A stretch of 45,787 nt of DNA from Patescibacteria group bacterium (lineage in GTDB: Bacteria; Patescibacteriota; Minisyncoccia; Moranbacterales; UBA2206): the NCBI GenBank assembly GCA_030837625.1, contig JAUPKF010000006.1, forward strand, positions 1 through 45,787. The letters run 5' to 3'. Position numbers and translations under genes: made by a program. The notes under the pieces are model-generated. The model was not told where the DNA came from. It saw nothing but the letters and a program-made list of their open reading frames with translations, and did not search any database. This document shows positions 9,327-18,190 of the stretch, one piece after another (position 1 is the stretch's first letter; the number at the start of each line of letters is the position of its first letter).

Positions 9327-10504
9327 TAACGATTTATAGCATTATGCAAAAAAGAAAGATTTGCTTCATCCTTACTAGTCCTATCCATTATAGTCGGAAT
9401 TTTCTGATTCTTGAAGAATTGAAAAAAAGAAAAGATATCGAACTGCATATCGTTTTAGGCGGTTCAATTCTTCTGAATAAATATATTTCTCATAGTTTCA
9501 ATATCAGAAAGATTCTTCAAGATGAAAAATATGAAAATATCCATGAGGCGCATTTCAACCTGGATGGAGACAATTTAGTCATTAAGTCTAAAACGGTCGG
9601 GTTGGGGATTGTTGAATTTTCATCTATCTTTAACGAAATCAATCCTGACCTTGTGGTGGTGCGCGCGGATCGGTTCGAGGTTATGGCTGCCGCTCTGGCT
9701 GCTTCCTATATGAATATTCCTATTGCTCACATTGAGGGAGGAGACAAAAGCGGGACATTGGACGAATCGGTCAGGCATGCTATCACTAAATTGTCCCACA
9801 TTCATTTTGCGACCAATGAAGATGCTCGCGAAAGAATAATCAGGATGGGAGAAAGGAAGGAATACGTTTTCAATTTTGGCAGTCCGGATATAGAGGTAGT
9901 GAAGCATGTTTTCAATAATGGAAACAGTGTTGATTTGAATAATGAGGGGAGTGGGGCAGATTTCAATCCGAAGAAAGATTTCTTAATTGTTATGTATCAT
10001 CCGGTGACAAGCGAGATTGATAATCTTTCATTGCATACAAAAGAAATCCTCAAAGCTGTTCATGGTCTGGGTATGCAAATTCTTTGGTTCTGGCCGAACT
10101 TTGACGCGGGATCGGAAACTATCTCAAAAGAGCTAAGGATTTTCAACGACATGGTTTCGAGGCACAAGATAAAATTTTTAAAATATCTGCATCCGAAAAA
10201 ATTTATTTTTCTTCTTTCAAAGACAAAATGCTTGGTTGGAAATTCTTCAGCGGGAATAAAAGAATGTTCCTATTTGGGTGTTCCGGTGGTAAATATTGGT
10301 AGCCGCCAAAACGAAAGATTGAGGTCTGACAATGTTTGTGACTGCGGAAATTCAAGCGAGGAAATTATGAAAGCCATTCGCAAACAGATGAAAATAGGGC
10401 GATATAAAACTTCAAATTTATATTCCTCAAACGATACGAGCAAGGATATTGCTGAAGTTTTGGTAAAAAGCAGGCTTTATGCGCAGAAAAAATTTGTCGA
10501 CTAA
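9323..10504 (+). CDS. neuC: Hydrolysing UDP-GlcNAc 2-epimerase family (NeuC/LegG-like)
   Basis: DRFE, HIEGGDKSGTLDESVRHAITKLSH, GNSSAGIKE, IGSRQ; start is TTG 9323 (GGAGG upstream) or ATG 9344. Confidence 0.88.
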   Translation: MITIYSIMQKRKICFILTSPIHYSRNFLILEELKKRKDIELHIVLGGSILLNKYISHSFNIRKILQDEKYENIHEAHFNLDGDNLVIKSKTVGLGIVEFSSIFNEINPDLVVVRADRFEVMAAALAASYMNIPIAHIEGGDKSGTLDESVRHAITKLSHIHFATNEDARERIIRMGERKEYVFNFGSPDIEVVKHVFNNGNSVDLNNEGSGADFNPKKDFLIVMYHPVTSEIDNLSLHTKEILKAVHGLGMQILWFWPNFDAGSETISKELRIFNDMVSRHKIKFLKYLHPKKFIFLLSKTKCLVGNSSAGIKECSYLGVPVVNIGSRQNERLRSDNVCDCGNSSEEIMKAIRKQMKIGRYKTSNLYSSNDTSKDIAEVLVKSRLYAQKKFVD

Positions 10505-10508
10505 ATTT

Positions 10509-11222
10509 ATGAACAAGAAAAAAAGAAAATCAAAAAAAGGCCTGATTGTTGTTCCGGCTCGCGGAGGGTCAAAGGGCATAAAGAATAAGAATATAGTGGA
10601 TGTCGGAGGGGACCCCTTGATTCTTTATACGATTAACCCGGCTCTAAAAATAAAAAAGGATGGCCTGGCAGATGGGGTGATTGTTTCAACAGACAGTCTT
10701 AAAATCGCTGATATTGCAAAGAAACTCGGAGCAGATGTTCCTTTTTTACGGCCAAAGAAAATTTCCGGAGACAAGGCTAAATCAATCGATTTTATACTAC
10801 ACGCTCTTTATCATTTTGAAGAGAGGGGAGTTTTTTTTGATTATGTTGTTTTATTACAGCCGACATCACCTTTGAGAAGTTACGAGGATATAGAAGGAGC
10901 CATAAAACTATATATGGACAGTGAAAACGATTCTTTGATTTCCGTTTGTCGCGAGGAAAGAGTGGATGAAACGGAGCTATATTATAACAAAAAAGGAATA
11001 GGCATTCCGCTTTCGCCGAATCATAACAAGGGGATAAGAAGACAGGATATAAGACCTATGTTTACCAGAAATGCCGCCATATATATAACTGCTACTGAAT
11101 ATCTCAAGAAAGAAAGAAGAATAATTTCAGACAATCCAGCGCTTTATGAAATGCCGATAGAGCGATCGCTTGACATAGACACAAAGGAAGATCTGAAAGA
11201 ACTTCGGAGCATCTTAAGATAA
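10509..11222 (+). CDS. neuA: CMP-nonulosonate synthetase (acylneuraminate cytidylyltransferase)
   Basis: PARGGSKGIKNKN, VSTDS, LQPTSPLR, DIDT. Confidence 0.92.
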   Translation: MNKKKRKSKKGLIVVPARGGSKGIKNKNIVDVGGDPLILYTINPALKIKKDGLADGVIVSTDSLKIADIAKKLGADVPFLRPKKISGDKAKSIDFILHALYHFEERGVFFDYVVLLQPTSPLRSYEDIEGAIKLYMDSENDSLISVCREERVDETELYYNKKGIGIPLSPNHNKGIRRQDIRPMFTRNAAIYITATEYLKKERRIISDNPALYEMPIERSLDIDTKEDLKELRSILR

Positions 11223-11297
11223 GTACGGAAAGTGATTTATGAAAATTTCAGGGGTCTAATTTATCCGCTACGAATATAAGAAAACTAACCTTATCAA

Positions 11298-14240
11298 ATG
11301 AAAATTGACTTGAATAGTTTTATTGAGAAATACTGGCTCCCCCTTCTTAAGGAAAATTCAAACAAGAGAAAAGTCATTGAATACAAGGATCCAGATCAAT
11401 TGAAAAGGGAAATAAGTTTTCGGTTGGGGTCAAAAAAGCAAATCGCGAATGGAGAAGACTTGCGAAAACTTTTCGAAAAGGTGATCAAATATACCCCTTT
11501 TTCTTCTCATCCTAATTTTTTGAATTATTTATACTCTGGTCCTGATCCGGTTGGCCTTCTAGGCGACTGGCTGGTTTCTTTTGTAAATTCGAATGTCCAT
11601 GCCTACGAGGCTTCTCCCATATTTTCAATAGCCGAGGTGGAGTTGATAAAAGAGCTTAGGAAATACGTCGGATTCGAAAAAGAAGGCGATGGTATATTTT
11701 GCCCGGGCGGTTCTTATTCAAATTTTTTGGCAGTGTATTGCGCCAAGAAAAAAATTATTGACAAGCTGTCCAAAACAAGAAAATTAGCATTATTCACCTC
11801 GACTCATTCTCACTATTCCATCGATAAAACGGCGGCTGTTTTGGGTTTTGGAGATATTGTGGTTTATAAAGTAGAATGCGATCCAAGGGGCAGAATGATA
11901 GCCGACGATTTGAAAATAAAAGTTGAAAAGTCGGTGAAGAAAAGAGAAGTCCCATTTCTTATTTTTGCAACTGCCGGCACTACCGTTTTGGGGGCATTTG
12001 ATTCGATCGAAGATATTTTTCGAGTAGCCGAGAAGAGCTGTCCGGGGATTTGGATTCACGTTGATGCTGCTTGGGGAGGACCAATTCTTTTTTCAAAAAA
12101 ATATCAAAAATTGATGGAGGGGATCGGAAAAGTTGATTCAGTAACTTGGGATTTTCACAAGGCAATGAACGCTCCCATCTTGTGCTCAGTGCTCCTTTTG
12201 AAAGAAGGATCTCATTTGAAGACAATGTTCAATGTTGAGGACAGCTACTTATTCCATCAAGAAAGAAACAGCGAATATGAGATTGGAAAAAAAACTCTTC
12301 AGTGCGGAAGGCGGGGGGATGCTTTTAAATTCTGGCTGATGTGGCAAGTCTATGGAGCGAAACATTTTGAAGAAGAAATGAACAGAAAAATGTCGGTTGT
12401 GCAAATGGCGATAAAGCTGATAAAGAAGAGGGAGAATTTTTTGCTTTATCGGGATGATATTGACTATTTAAACGTTTGTTTCTGGTATATCCCTCGAAGT
12501 TTGAGAAAAAAAATGAAAAGCAGAAATTTTTCCGTCAAAGAAAAAAAAGAAATCGCTTTTTTCACGAAAAGAATATACCAGTTGATGATAAAAGATGGAC
12601 AGGTTTTGATAAATTTTGCCAAGGTTTTTAATTGTCCGGAATTTTTCCGATTAATAGTCAGCAATCCTAATTTGAATAAAGCGGAGATCGAGAAGGTTCT
12701 CGATGTCATTGATTCGTTAGGAGAGATTCTGGATAAAAATCTCAGCGAGCTTTTGATATCGGGAGGAGATAGTAGGCTTCATTTGGGAAGCAATGGAATG
12801 AATTATGTTTTTACAGCTCCTTTGCCAAAGCCAGATCAAGTTTCTCGATCAAGCTGCACCTCTTCAAGAATTTCCTTGCAAGAAGAGAAGAAGCTTGGAA
12901 AAATACTTCATGGATTGAAGCATGGTGAGTCTTCTTTTTCGGAATGCATGTCGGATGTCCATAGAAGGATCAGAAAAATTATAGATATTGACGAAAATGT
13001 AAGTGTTATTACAACGCCCTCCGGAACAGATAGTGAATACATACCCCTTCTAATAGCTGGGGCTTATACAAGAGATGTTTTGGATGTGAAGAATATAATG
13101 ACTGGTATGGGCGAGATCGGATCCAATTCAGCCGTGGCGGCGGCTGGAAATTATTTCAACTTCAAGACTCCATTTGGATCAAATGTTAAAAAGGGCAGAC
13201 CGCTTCTGAAAATGAATGTCGAAATTATCGGAGTTTCTCAGCGCGATTCACAGACTGGAAAACCTCAGATGAAGAAGGATGAATGGCAGGCTCATGTAAA
13301 GAATGCGCTCCGCAAAAAAGATTCTGTGGTGCTGCTGCATATTCTTGAGTCTTCAAAGCTTGGCTATCGGATCGACGCTATGGGCGAAGTGAAAAAAATG
13401 ATTTCAGATTATTCAGAAAATTTCTTAGTGGTTGTGGATGCTTGCCAGAGCAGGACAGATATTAAAAGAATCAGGGAATATTTAAAGATGGGCTGTATGG
13501 TGATGATTACGGGATCTAAATTTGAAGAAGCCCCTCCCTTTTGTAGTGCAGTACTAATACCGGAGAAAATAATGGCGGGCTTAACATCTAAAGATTTCAA
13601 AAAATTTCCAAAACGACTTTCGGACTTCATTACCTTGCATGACATTTCGGGACCCGTTCGAGAAATGCTGGGTTGTTGCCCAAGAAGTTGGATGAATTGG
13701 GGGTTGATGTTTCGTTGGACAGTAGGCTTAGATAATTGGGAGGAGTACCGAAAAATTTCTGATGCAAAGAGGACTAAGCTTGTCAGGGGCTGGGTAAGAA
13801 GCGTTGCGAAGATGGCAAAAGAATATCCAAATCTTGGTTTCTTTGGTGGAGGGGAAGATCAGCCAGGGTCTGTTGGTGATATCAACACAATTTTTTCTCT
13901 AACGTTAAAACAGGGGCAAAAGCTAATGTCAATTGACAGTGTAAAAAAAATATATGAATGGATGGCAATGAGTCTCGATGAGAATGTCACAAGATATTTG
14001 AAAATAACGAAAAGTCAGAAAGAGACGTTAAAAATATCTTTTTTGCTTGGCCAGCCGGTAGACATGGGGAAGTACGCCGCAATAAGGGTTGCATTGGGAG
14101 CAACACTGGTGGCTAGGATGAACGAAATTGGAGTAAAGAAAATCCTCCTTGAGGATCGGACGCTTCTAACGAAACTTTCGATATTGACTAAAAATTATCA
14201 TACATTGAAGGGCATTTCAAATGAGAGTAACCAGTTATAA
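11298..14240 (+). CDS. Two-domain PLP protein: group II (GAD/CSAD-like) decarboxylase fused to a second fold-type-I PLP-like domain
   Basis: N-half: PGGSYSN, SHYS, TAGTTVLGAFD, HVDAAWGG, WDFHK288, QCGRR. C-half (~aa 482 onward): TPSGTDSE, VVD714ACQ, TGSK741F. Confidence 0.85.
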   Translation: MKIDLNSFIEKYWLPLLKENSNKRKVIEYKDPDQLKREISFRLGSKKQIANGEDLRKLFEKVIKYTPFSSHPNFLNYLYSGPDPVGLLGDWLVSFVNSNVHAYEASPIFSIAEVELIKELRKYVGFEKEGDGIFCPGGSYSNFLAVYCAKKKIIDKLSKTRKLALFTSTHSHYSIDKTAAVLGFGDIVVYKVECDPRGRMIADDLKIKVEKSVKKREVPFLIFATAGTTVLGAFDSIEDIFRVAEKSCPGIWIHVDAAWGGPILFSKKYQKLMEGIGKVDSVTWDFHKAMNAPILCSVLLLKEGSHLKTMFNVEDSYLFHQERNSEYEIGKKTLQCGRRGDAFKFWLMWQVYGAKHFEEEMNRKMSVVQMAIKLIKKRENFLLYRDDIDYLNVCFWYIPRSLRKKMKSRNFSVKEKKEIAFFTKRIYQLMIKDGQVLINFAKVFNCPEFFRLIVSNPNLNKAEIEKVLDVIDSLGEILDKNLSELLISGGDSRLHLGSNGMNYVFTAPLPKPDQVSRSSCTSSRISLQEEKKLGKILHGLKHGESSFSECMSDVHRRIRKIIDIDENVSVITTPSGTDSEYIPLLIAGAYTRDVLDVKNIMTGMGEIGSNSAVAAAGNYFNFKTPFGSNVKKGRPLLKMNVEIIGVSQRDSQTGKPQMKKDEWQAHVKNALRKKDSVVLLHILESSKLGYRIDAMGEVKKMISDYSENFLVVVDACQSRTDIKRIREYLKMGCMVMITGSKFEEAPPFCSAVLIPEKIMAGLTSKDFKKFPKRLSDFITLHDISGPVREMLGCCPRSWMNWGLMFRWTVGLDNWEEYRKISDAKRTKLVRGWVRSVAKMAKEYPNLGFFGGGEDQPGSVGDINTIFSLTLKQGQKLMSIDSVKKIYEWMAMSLDENVTRYLKITKSQKETLKISFLLGQPVDMGKYAAIRVALGATLVARMNEIGVKKILLEDRTLLTKLSILTKNYHTLKGISNESNQL

Positions 14241-15849
14241 AAATGATAAGAACAAAAAAATGGATGATTATGTAAAGAGCGGGGCATATAAGTGGAAAAT
14301 CGCTATTCCTTTGAATTGCGACCATGATCTCATTAGATGTGAAGGGGGCGCAAAAATTGACAAAAACTCCGGAAAATTGAATATTAGTGTCCCTGATTTT
14401 CAAGGTAATGGCAGACATATTCTTGTTGTAATCGAGAATAAAAATGATATTGAAATCTATTCTTTTCCCATGAATGTTCAAAGATGTTATGCGAGAATAA
14501 CTGGCAATTATTTAATCGTCAGTAATATCGCAAAGTCTTTAATGAAAGAAAACGAAAAGATTCGACTTAATGGTGAAGTTTTATTAAGACAGATCTCAAA
14601 TTTATTTGCGCCGTTGGACGATCTGTTTGGGGATATAAAATTGCTTGACGCCTCTTCTATTTTTCGGGTTATAAATAACGAAATAATTTTTAAGGAGAGT
14701 CAAATAAAGCCCATAAAGAGTACAACTAGTTCAGTTCAGGAATATATTATTAGCAAGTATGATCGAATATGCAAGGAAGGGAAGCCTTTAGCGGTTCTCC
14801 TTAGCGCTGGCATTGATTCTCGTCTTAATTTGGCATTATGCCATTATTTTTCAAAAAAATATAGGAATGAAATAGTTGTTTACCATGAATACAAGGACAG
14901 AAAAGAACATGACATTGCAAAACATATAGCAGACGAATTGAAACTTCCCTTTGTGAGTATTTCAAGAGATAGATTTAAAAATGAACCATTGGAATATATA
15001 TTATCCCCCGAGTTCATTAGTTTTCATGGTGGAATTTATAGGGATACCCTTGCTAGATGGTTTAGCTATATGGATGTAATAAAGCTGAGCAATCCCGACG
15101 CTACTATTATTGGATTAGCCGGTGACCCTCATAAAGGAAAATTTTATAGGGATATACATCACTTGCCAAATGATCTTGAAAAAATGCTAAAATATAGAAT
15201 GAAGGACGAGAAGATCGCGGAAGAGAAGGATTTTATGCCCTATCTGTCAAATGAAAAGACAGATGAGTTTTTTTCTAGCACCCATAGAAGAGCCTTAATT
15301 TCTAGTGATCCTTGTTTCCAGACGGACTTTATCTTTTACCATGTCCAAGCCGCACAGCAATCTGCCTCGAGAAGCCCATTTTTTCATTTAAACTATAAAA
15401 TTCCTTTTCCGTTAAACGACGACCATTTTCTTTCCATGGCATTCAGCTTGCCAAAAAAGGAAAAAATGGACGCAGCTATTTCTTTAAACCTTATCGAAAA
15501 AATAAATCCGACTCTGAACAGGATACCCTATCATAGCGGAAACGCAGGTGGTTTCAGAAACCGCTACGAAAATTTAATGATTGAAATAATGAGTATGATT
15601 GTTTCGAAAGAAAAAAGTTCAAGCCGTCGGGATGAAGATGTCAGGTGGAATCACCCGAGCATTGTTAGCTATTTGGGTGGCGCTTCCAGCGATATCACCG
15701 AAAAACTCGAGAGGTTTATCAGGGCAAATTTGGGAAAACGACAAAAAAACGGACGAATAAGGGTTGAATGCGCCTTGAGAGTATACTTGTTCCTTCGGCA
15801 AGTTGAAAAAGAGCTGGGAATCAATTTTTTTGTAAATAAAGAATCATGA
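14221..15849 (+). CDS. Asparagine-synthetase-like ATP-dependent amide ligase lacking the glutaminase Cys
   Basis: PP-loop LLSAGIDSRL; GLAGD resembles GxGGDE; PLNDDHFL resembles PFLD; no N-terminal Cys-Gly. Confidence 0.65.
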   Translation: MRVTSYKNDKNKKMDDYVKSGAYKWKIAIPLNCDHDLIRCEGGAKIDKNSGKLNISVPDFQGNGRHILVVIENKNDIEIYSFPMNVQRCYARITGNYLIVSNIAKSLMKENEKIRLNGEVLLRQISNLFAPLDDLFGDIKLLDASSIFRVINNEIIFKESQIKPIKSTTSSVQEYIISKYDRICKEGKPLAVLLSAGIDSRLNLALCHYFSKKYRNEIVVYHEYKDRKEHDIAKHIADELKLPFVSISRDRFKNEPLEYILSPEFISFHGGIYRDTLARWFSYMDVIKLSNPDATIIGLAGDPHKGKFYRDIHHLPNDLEKMLKYRMKDEKIAEEKDFMPYLSNEKTDEFFSSTHRRALISSDPCFQTDFIFYHVQAAQQSASRSPFFHLNYKIPFPLNDDHFLSMAFSLPKKEKMDAAISLNLIEKINPTLNRIPYHSGNAGGFRNRYENLMIEIMSMIVSKEKSSSRRDEDVRWNHPSIVSYLGGASSDITEKLERFIRANLGKRQKNGRIRVECALRVYLFLRQVEKELGINFFVNKES

Positions 15850-17450
15850 TTTTGAAAAATTTATTCAGAAATAAAACAGGCGAAAACATCCAGGAATTCA
15901 TACGCGCAAACAAAAGGCACTGGCGCGATATCAAGGGGTCATCTTCCAATGGCTATATATTGATGCTGTTTAAAAACAGTGTTACTAACTACGTCTTGGC
16001 TCCCAGGACGGTGAAGTCAATAGAAGAGGAAACAGGGTGCCTGCCTTTGGCGATTTTGAATTCTTTCAGTTTTTTGTTTGATTCGAAGAAAAAAATATAC
16101 CAATCTTTCAATATAAACAATTTTATATATTATAAAAATTATTTTTACAATATTTCCGATATCATCAAGTCTTTTTATTTAGCAATTAGGTTTTTTTGGC
16201 GACGTAGGAGTGTTGATGATTTGTTGAAATTAGAATTCAAAGGTATTTATATCGGCGATCTGGTATACGACACTATTTTGAGGAATAATGCCGGCTTGTA
16301 TACTATAGATAAAATCAAATGGACTTATTTTAAATATTTTTTCATTGCGTATTTTCAAACGATTATATATGAGAAAATATTCCAAAGGTATGATATAAAA
16401 TATATTTTTTGCGGATTGTTGATTTTCATAAAATGGGGGATTCCGGCTAGGGTCGCCGACAAGCACGGAGCAGTTGTACTGATAGCCAAAAAGAACCTGA
16501 TGAAAAATTATAAGGGTCTGGATGTTTCTGAAGGGCAGTATCGACCAAGAGAATCAGACGTTAATTTTCTGAAAAAAAGCGAGAAGGTGGAAGCGGATGT
16601 GGACAGGTATATGTCTGAGCGTTTTTCGGGTAGCATAGCTGAGGTGGATGCTATGAGATCTTTCAAAGGAAAAGCCGGATACGATAAGAAAAAATTATGC
16701 GAAACGCTCGGTATCGAAAAAGATAAACCCATAGTTTTTATAATGGCGCATGCTTTTTCTGATGGACCGCATCATTCACCCACGGAAAATCTTCTTTTCA
16801 GGGATTATTATATTTGGTTGGTTGAAACCATAAAGTATGCATCCCGTATAAAAACCGTGAATTGGGTAGTTAAGCCGCACCCGATGTCTTTCAAATATAA
16901 AGAAGAAGGTGCCGTAGAAAAACTAGTAGCCTTGTATGGCAATGCCAATATCCATCTTGCGCCTGGAGATTTCAGCACTAAAAATATCAAGGATTTCGCT
17001 CACGCTATTGTTACCGTACAGGGGAAAGCCGCTTTGGAGTTTGGCTGTTTCGGAATTCCTTCTGTTGTAGCCTCTTTGGCGCCTTATAGCGGATATGGAT
17101 TGGCTGTCGAGCCAAAGATAAAGGAAGAATATTTTGGTATATTAAAAAATATAGGTTCAATTTCCAAGTTGAGTAAAGAACAAATAAAAACCGCCAAAGT
17201 GCTTTCGGCAATTATGTTCATATATTCACGGACCGATGACGCATTGGTGCATGATCTCCCGACCTTCAGAAGCGAGAAGGAAGAAGAAAAATGGAAGCAT
17301 TTCTATGCAGTGATAAAAAGTTATGACAGGTCAAGGGATGGCATGTACCTGCGAATAAAAGATTTGATAAATTTAAATTTTTACAAAAAATACGAATATT
17401 ATGAAGACAAGAAAAATACTGGCAATTATTCCGGCGCGAGGCGGCTCTAA
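15846..17450 (+). CDS. Capsule-biosynthesis (KpsS/KpsC-like) GT-B protein, candidate ulosonate transferase
   Basis: VKPHP motif, TVQGKAALE, FRDYYIWL; located between NulO genes. Confidence 0.6.
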   Translation: MILKNLFRNKTGENIQEFIRANKRHWRDIKGSSSNGYILMLFKNSVTNYVLAPRTVKSIEEETGCLPLAILNSFSFLFDSKKKIYQSFNINNFIYYKNYFYNISDIIKSFYLAIRFFWRRRSVDDLLKLEFKGIYIGDLVYDTILRNNAGLYTIDKIKWTYFKYFFIAYFQTIIYEKIFQRYDIKYIFCGLLIFIKWGIPARVADKHGAVVLIAKKNLMKNYKGLDVSEGQYRPRESDVNFLKKSEKVEADVDRYMSERFSGSIAEVDAMRSFKGKAGYDKKKLCETLGIEKDKPIVFIMAHAFSDGPHHSPTENLLFRDYYIWLVETIKYASRIKTVNWVVKPHPMSFKYKEEGAVEKLVALYGNANIHLAPGDFSTKNIKDFAHAIVTVQGKAALEFGCFGIPSVVASLAPYSGYGLAVEPKIKEEYFGILKNIGSISKLSKEQIKTAKVLSAIMFIYSRTDDALVHDLPTFRSEKEEEKWKHFYAVIKSYDRSRDGMYLRIKDLINLNFYKKYEYYEDKKNTGNYSGARRL

Positions 17451-18138
17451 AGGGATTCCGCGGAAAAATATTTTTCCGTTGGCAGGGAAACCTCTCTTGG
17501 CATGGTCTGTCGAAGCGGCGCTGAAGTCAAAACATATTGATAAGGTAGTTGTTTCTTCGGATGATGGTGAGATTCTCGATGTTGCGGAAAAATTTGGCGC
17601 CGAACCGATAAAGAGGCCAAAGTCCATGGCGGAAGACAAATCTCCTTTCAATCTTTTGATTTTTCATGCGTTGGACTATCTAAAGAAAAATAAGAAGTAT
17701 ATTCCGGATACTTTGGTGTATCTGCAACCAACTTCGCCGCTTAGGACGACTGAAGATATCGATCAAGCCTTTTCACTCATGAATGGTGACGTGACAAGCG
17801 TAATAAGCGTTTACAAACTTGATAATAAATTTCTGAAATCATTTCTTGTCGGAGAAAGAGGATATCTACGGGGAGTTGCTAATAAACAGTTTTCTTTTAA
17901 AAATCGCCAGGAATTGCCCGAAGTTTATATGCCCAATGGAGCGATTTATATGGTAAGAAGAGATTTTTTTCAGAGAACAGGTAGACTATTTTCCCCAAAA
18001 ACTGTTCCTTTCGTGATGAGTCAGGAAAAAAGTGTAGATATAGATACAAAAGAGCACATGAGGGAGGTTGAAAAGAAACTGAAAATGCAAAAAAGCAGAC
18101 ATCATCAAGCGATCATGCTATGTTCAAATCTTTCTTAA
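17401..18138 (+). CDS. neuA: Second CMP-nonulosonate synthetase
   Basis: IPARGGSKGIPRKN, GKPLLAW, LQPTSPLR, PNGAIY, DIDT. Confidence 0.93.
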   Translation: MKTRKILAIIPARGGSKGIPRKNIFPLAGKPLLAWSVEAALKSKHIDKVVVSSDDGEILDVAEKFGAEPIKRPKSMAEDKSPFNLLIFHALDYLKKNKKYIPDTLVYLQPTSPLRTTEDIDQAFSLMNGDVTSVISVYKLDNKFLKSFLVGERGYLRGVANKQFSFKNRQELPEVYMPNGAIYMVRRDFFQRTGRLFSPKTVPFVMSQEKSVDIDTKEHMREVEKKLKMQKSRHHQAIMLCSNLS

Positions 18139-18190
18139 TTTGTTAGAATGAATAAGCAAAAATACTGACACAATAGGGATATAAAAATTT

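Noticed and set aside
11239-11259. Mini-ORF MKISGV* between neuA and the PLP fusion, possibly a relic gene start
   Set aside because: Too short to tell from chance
12541-12548. A8 and similar homopolymer runs as phase-variation tracts
   Set aside because: Expected in AT-rich, Lys-rich genes; no long G/C tracts and no frameshifted genes seen
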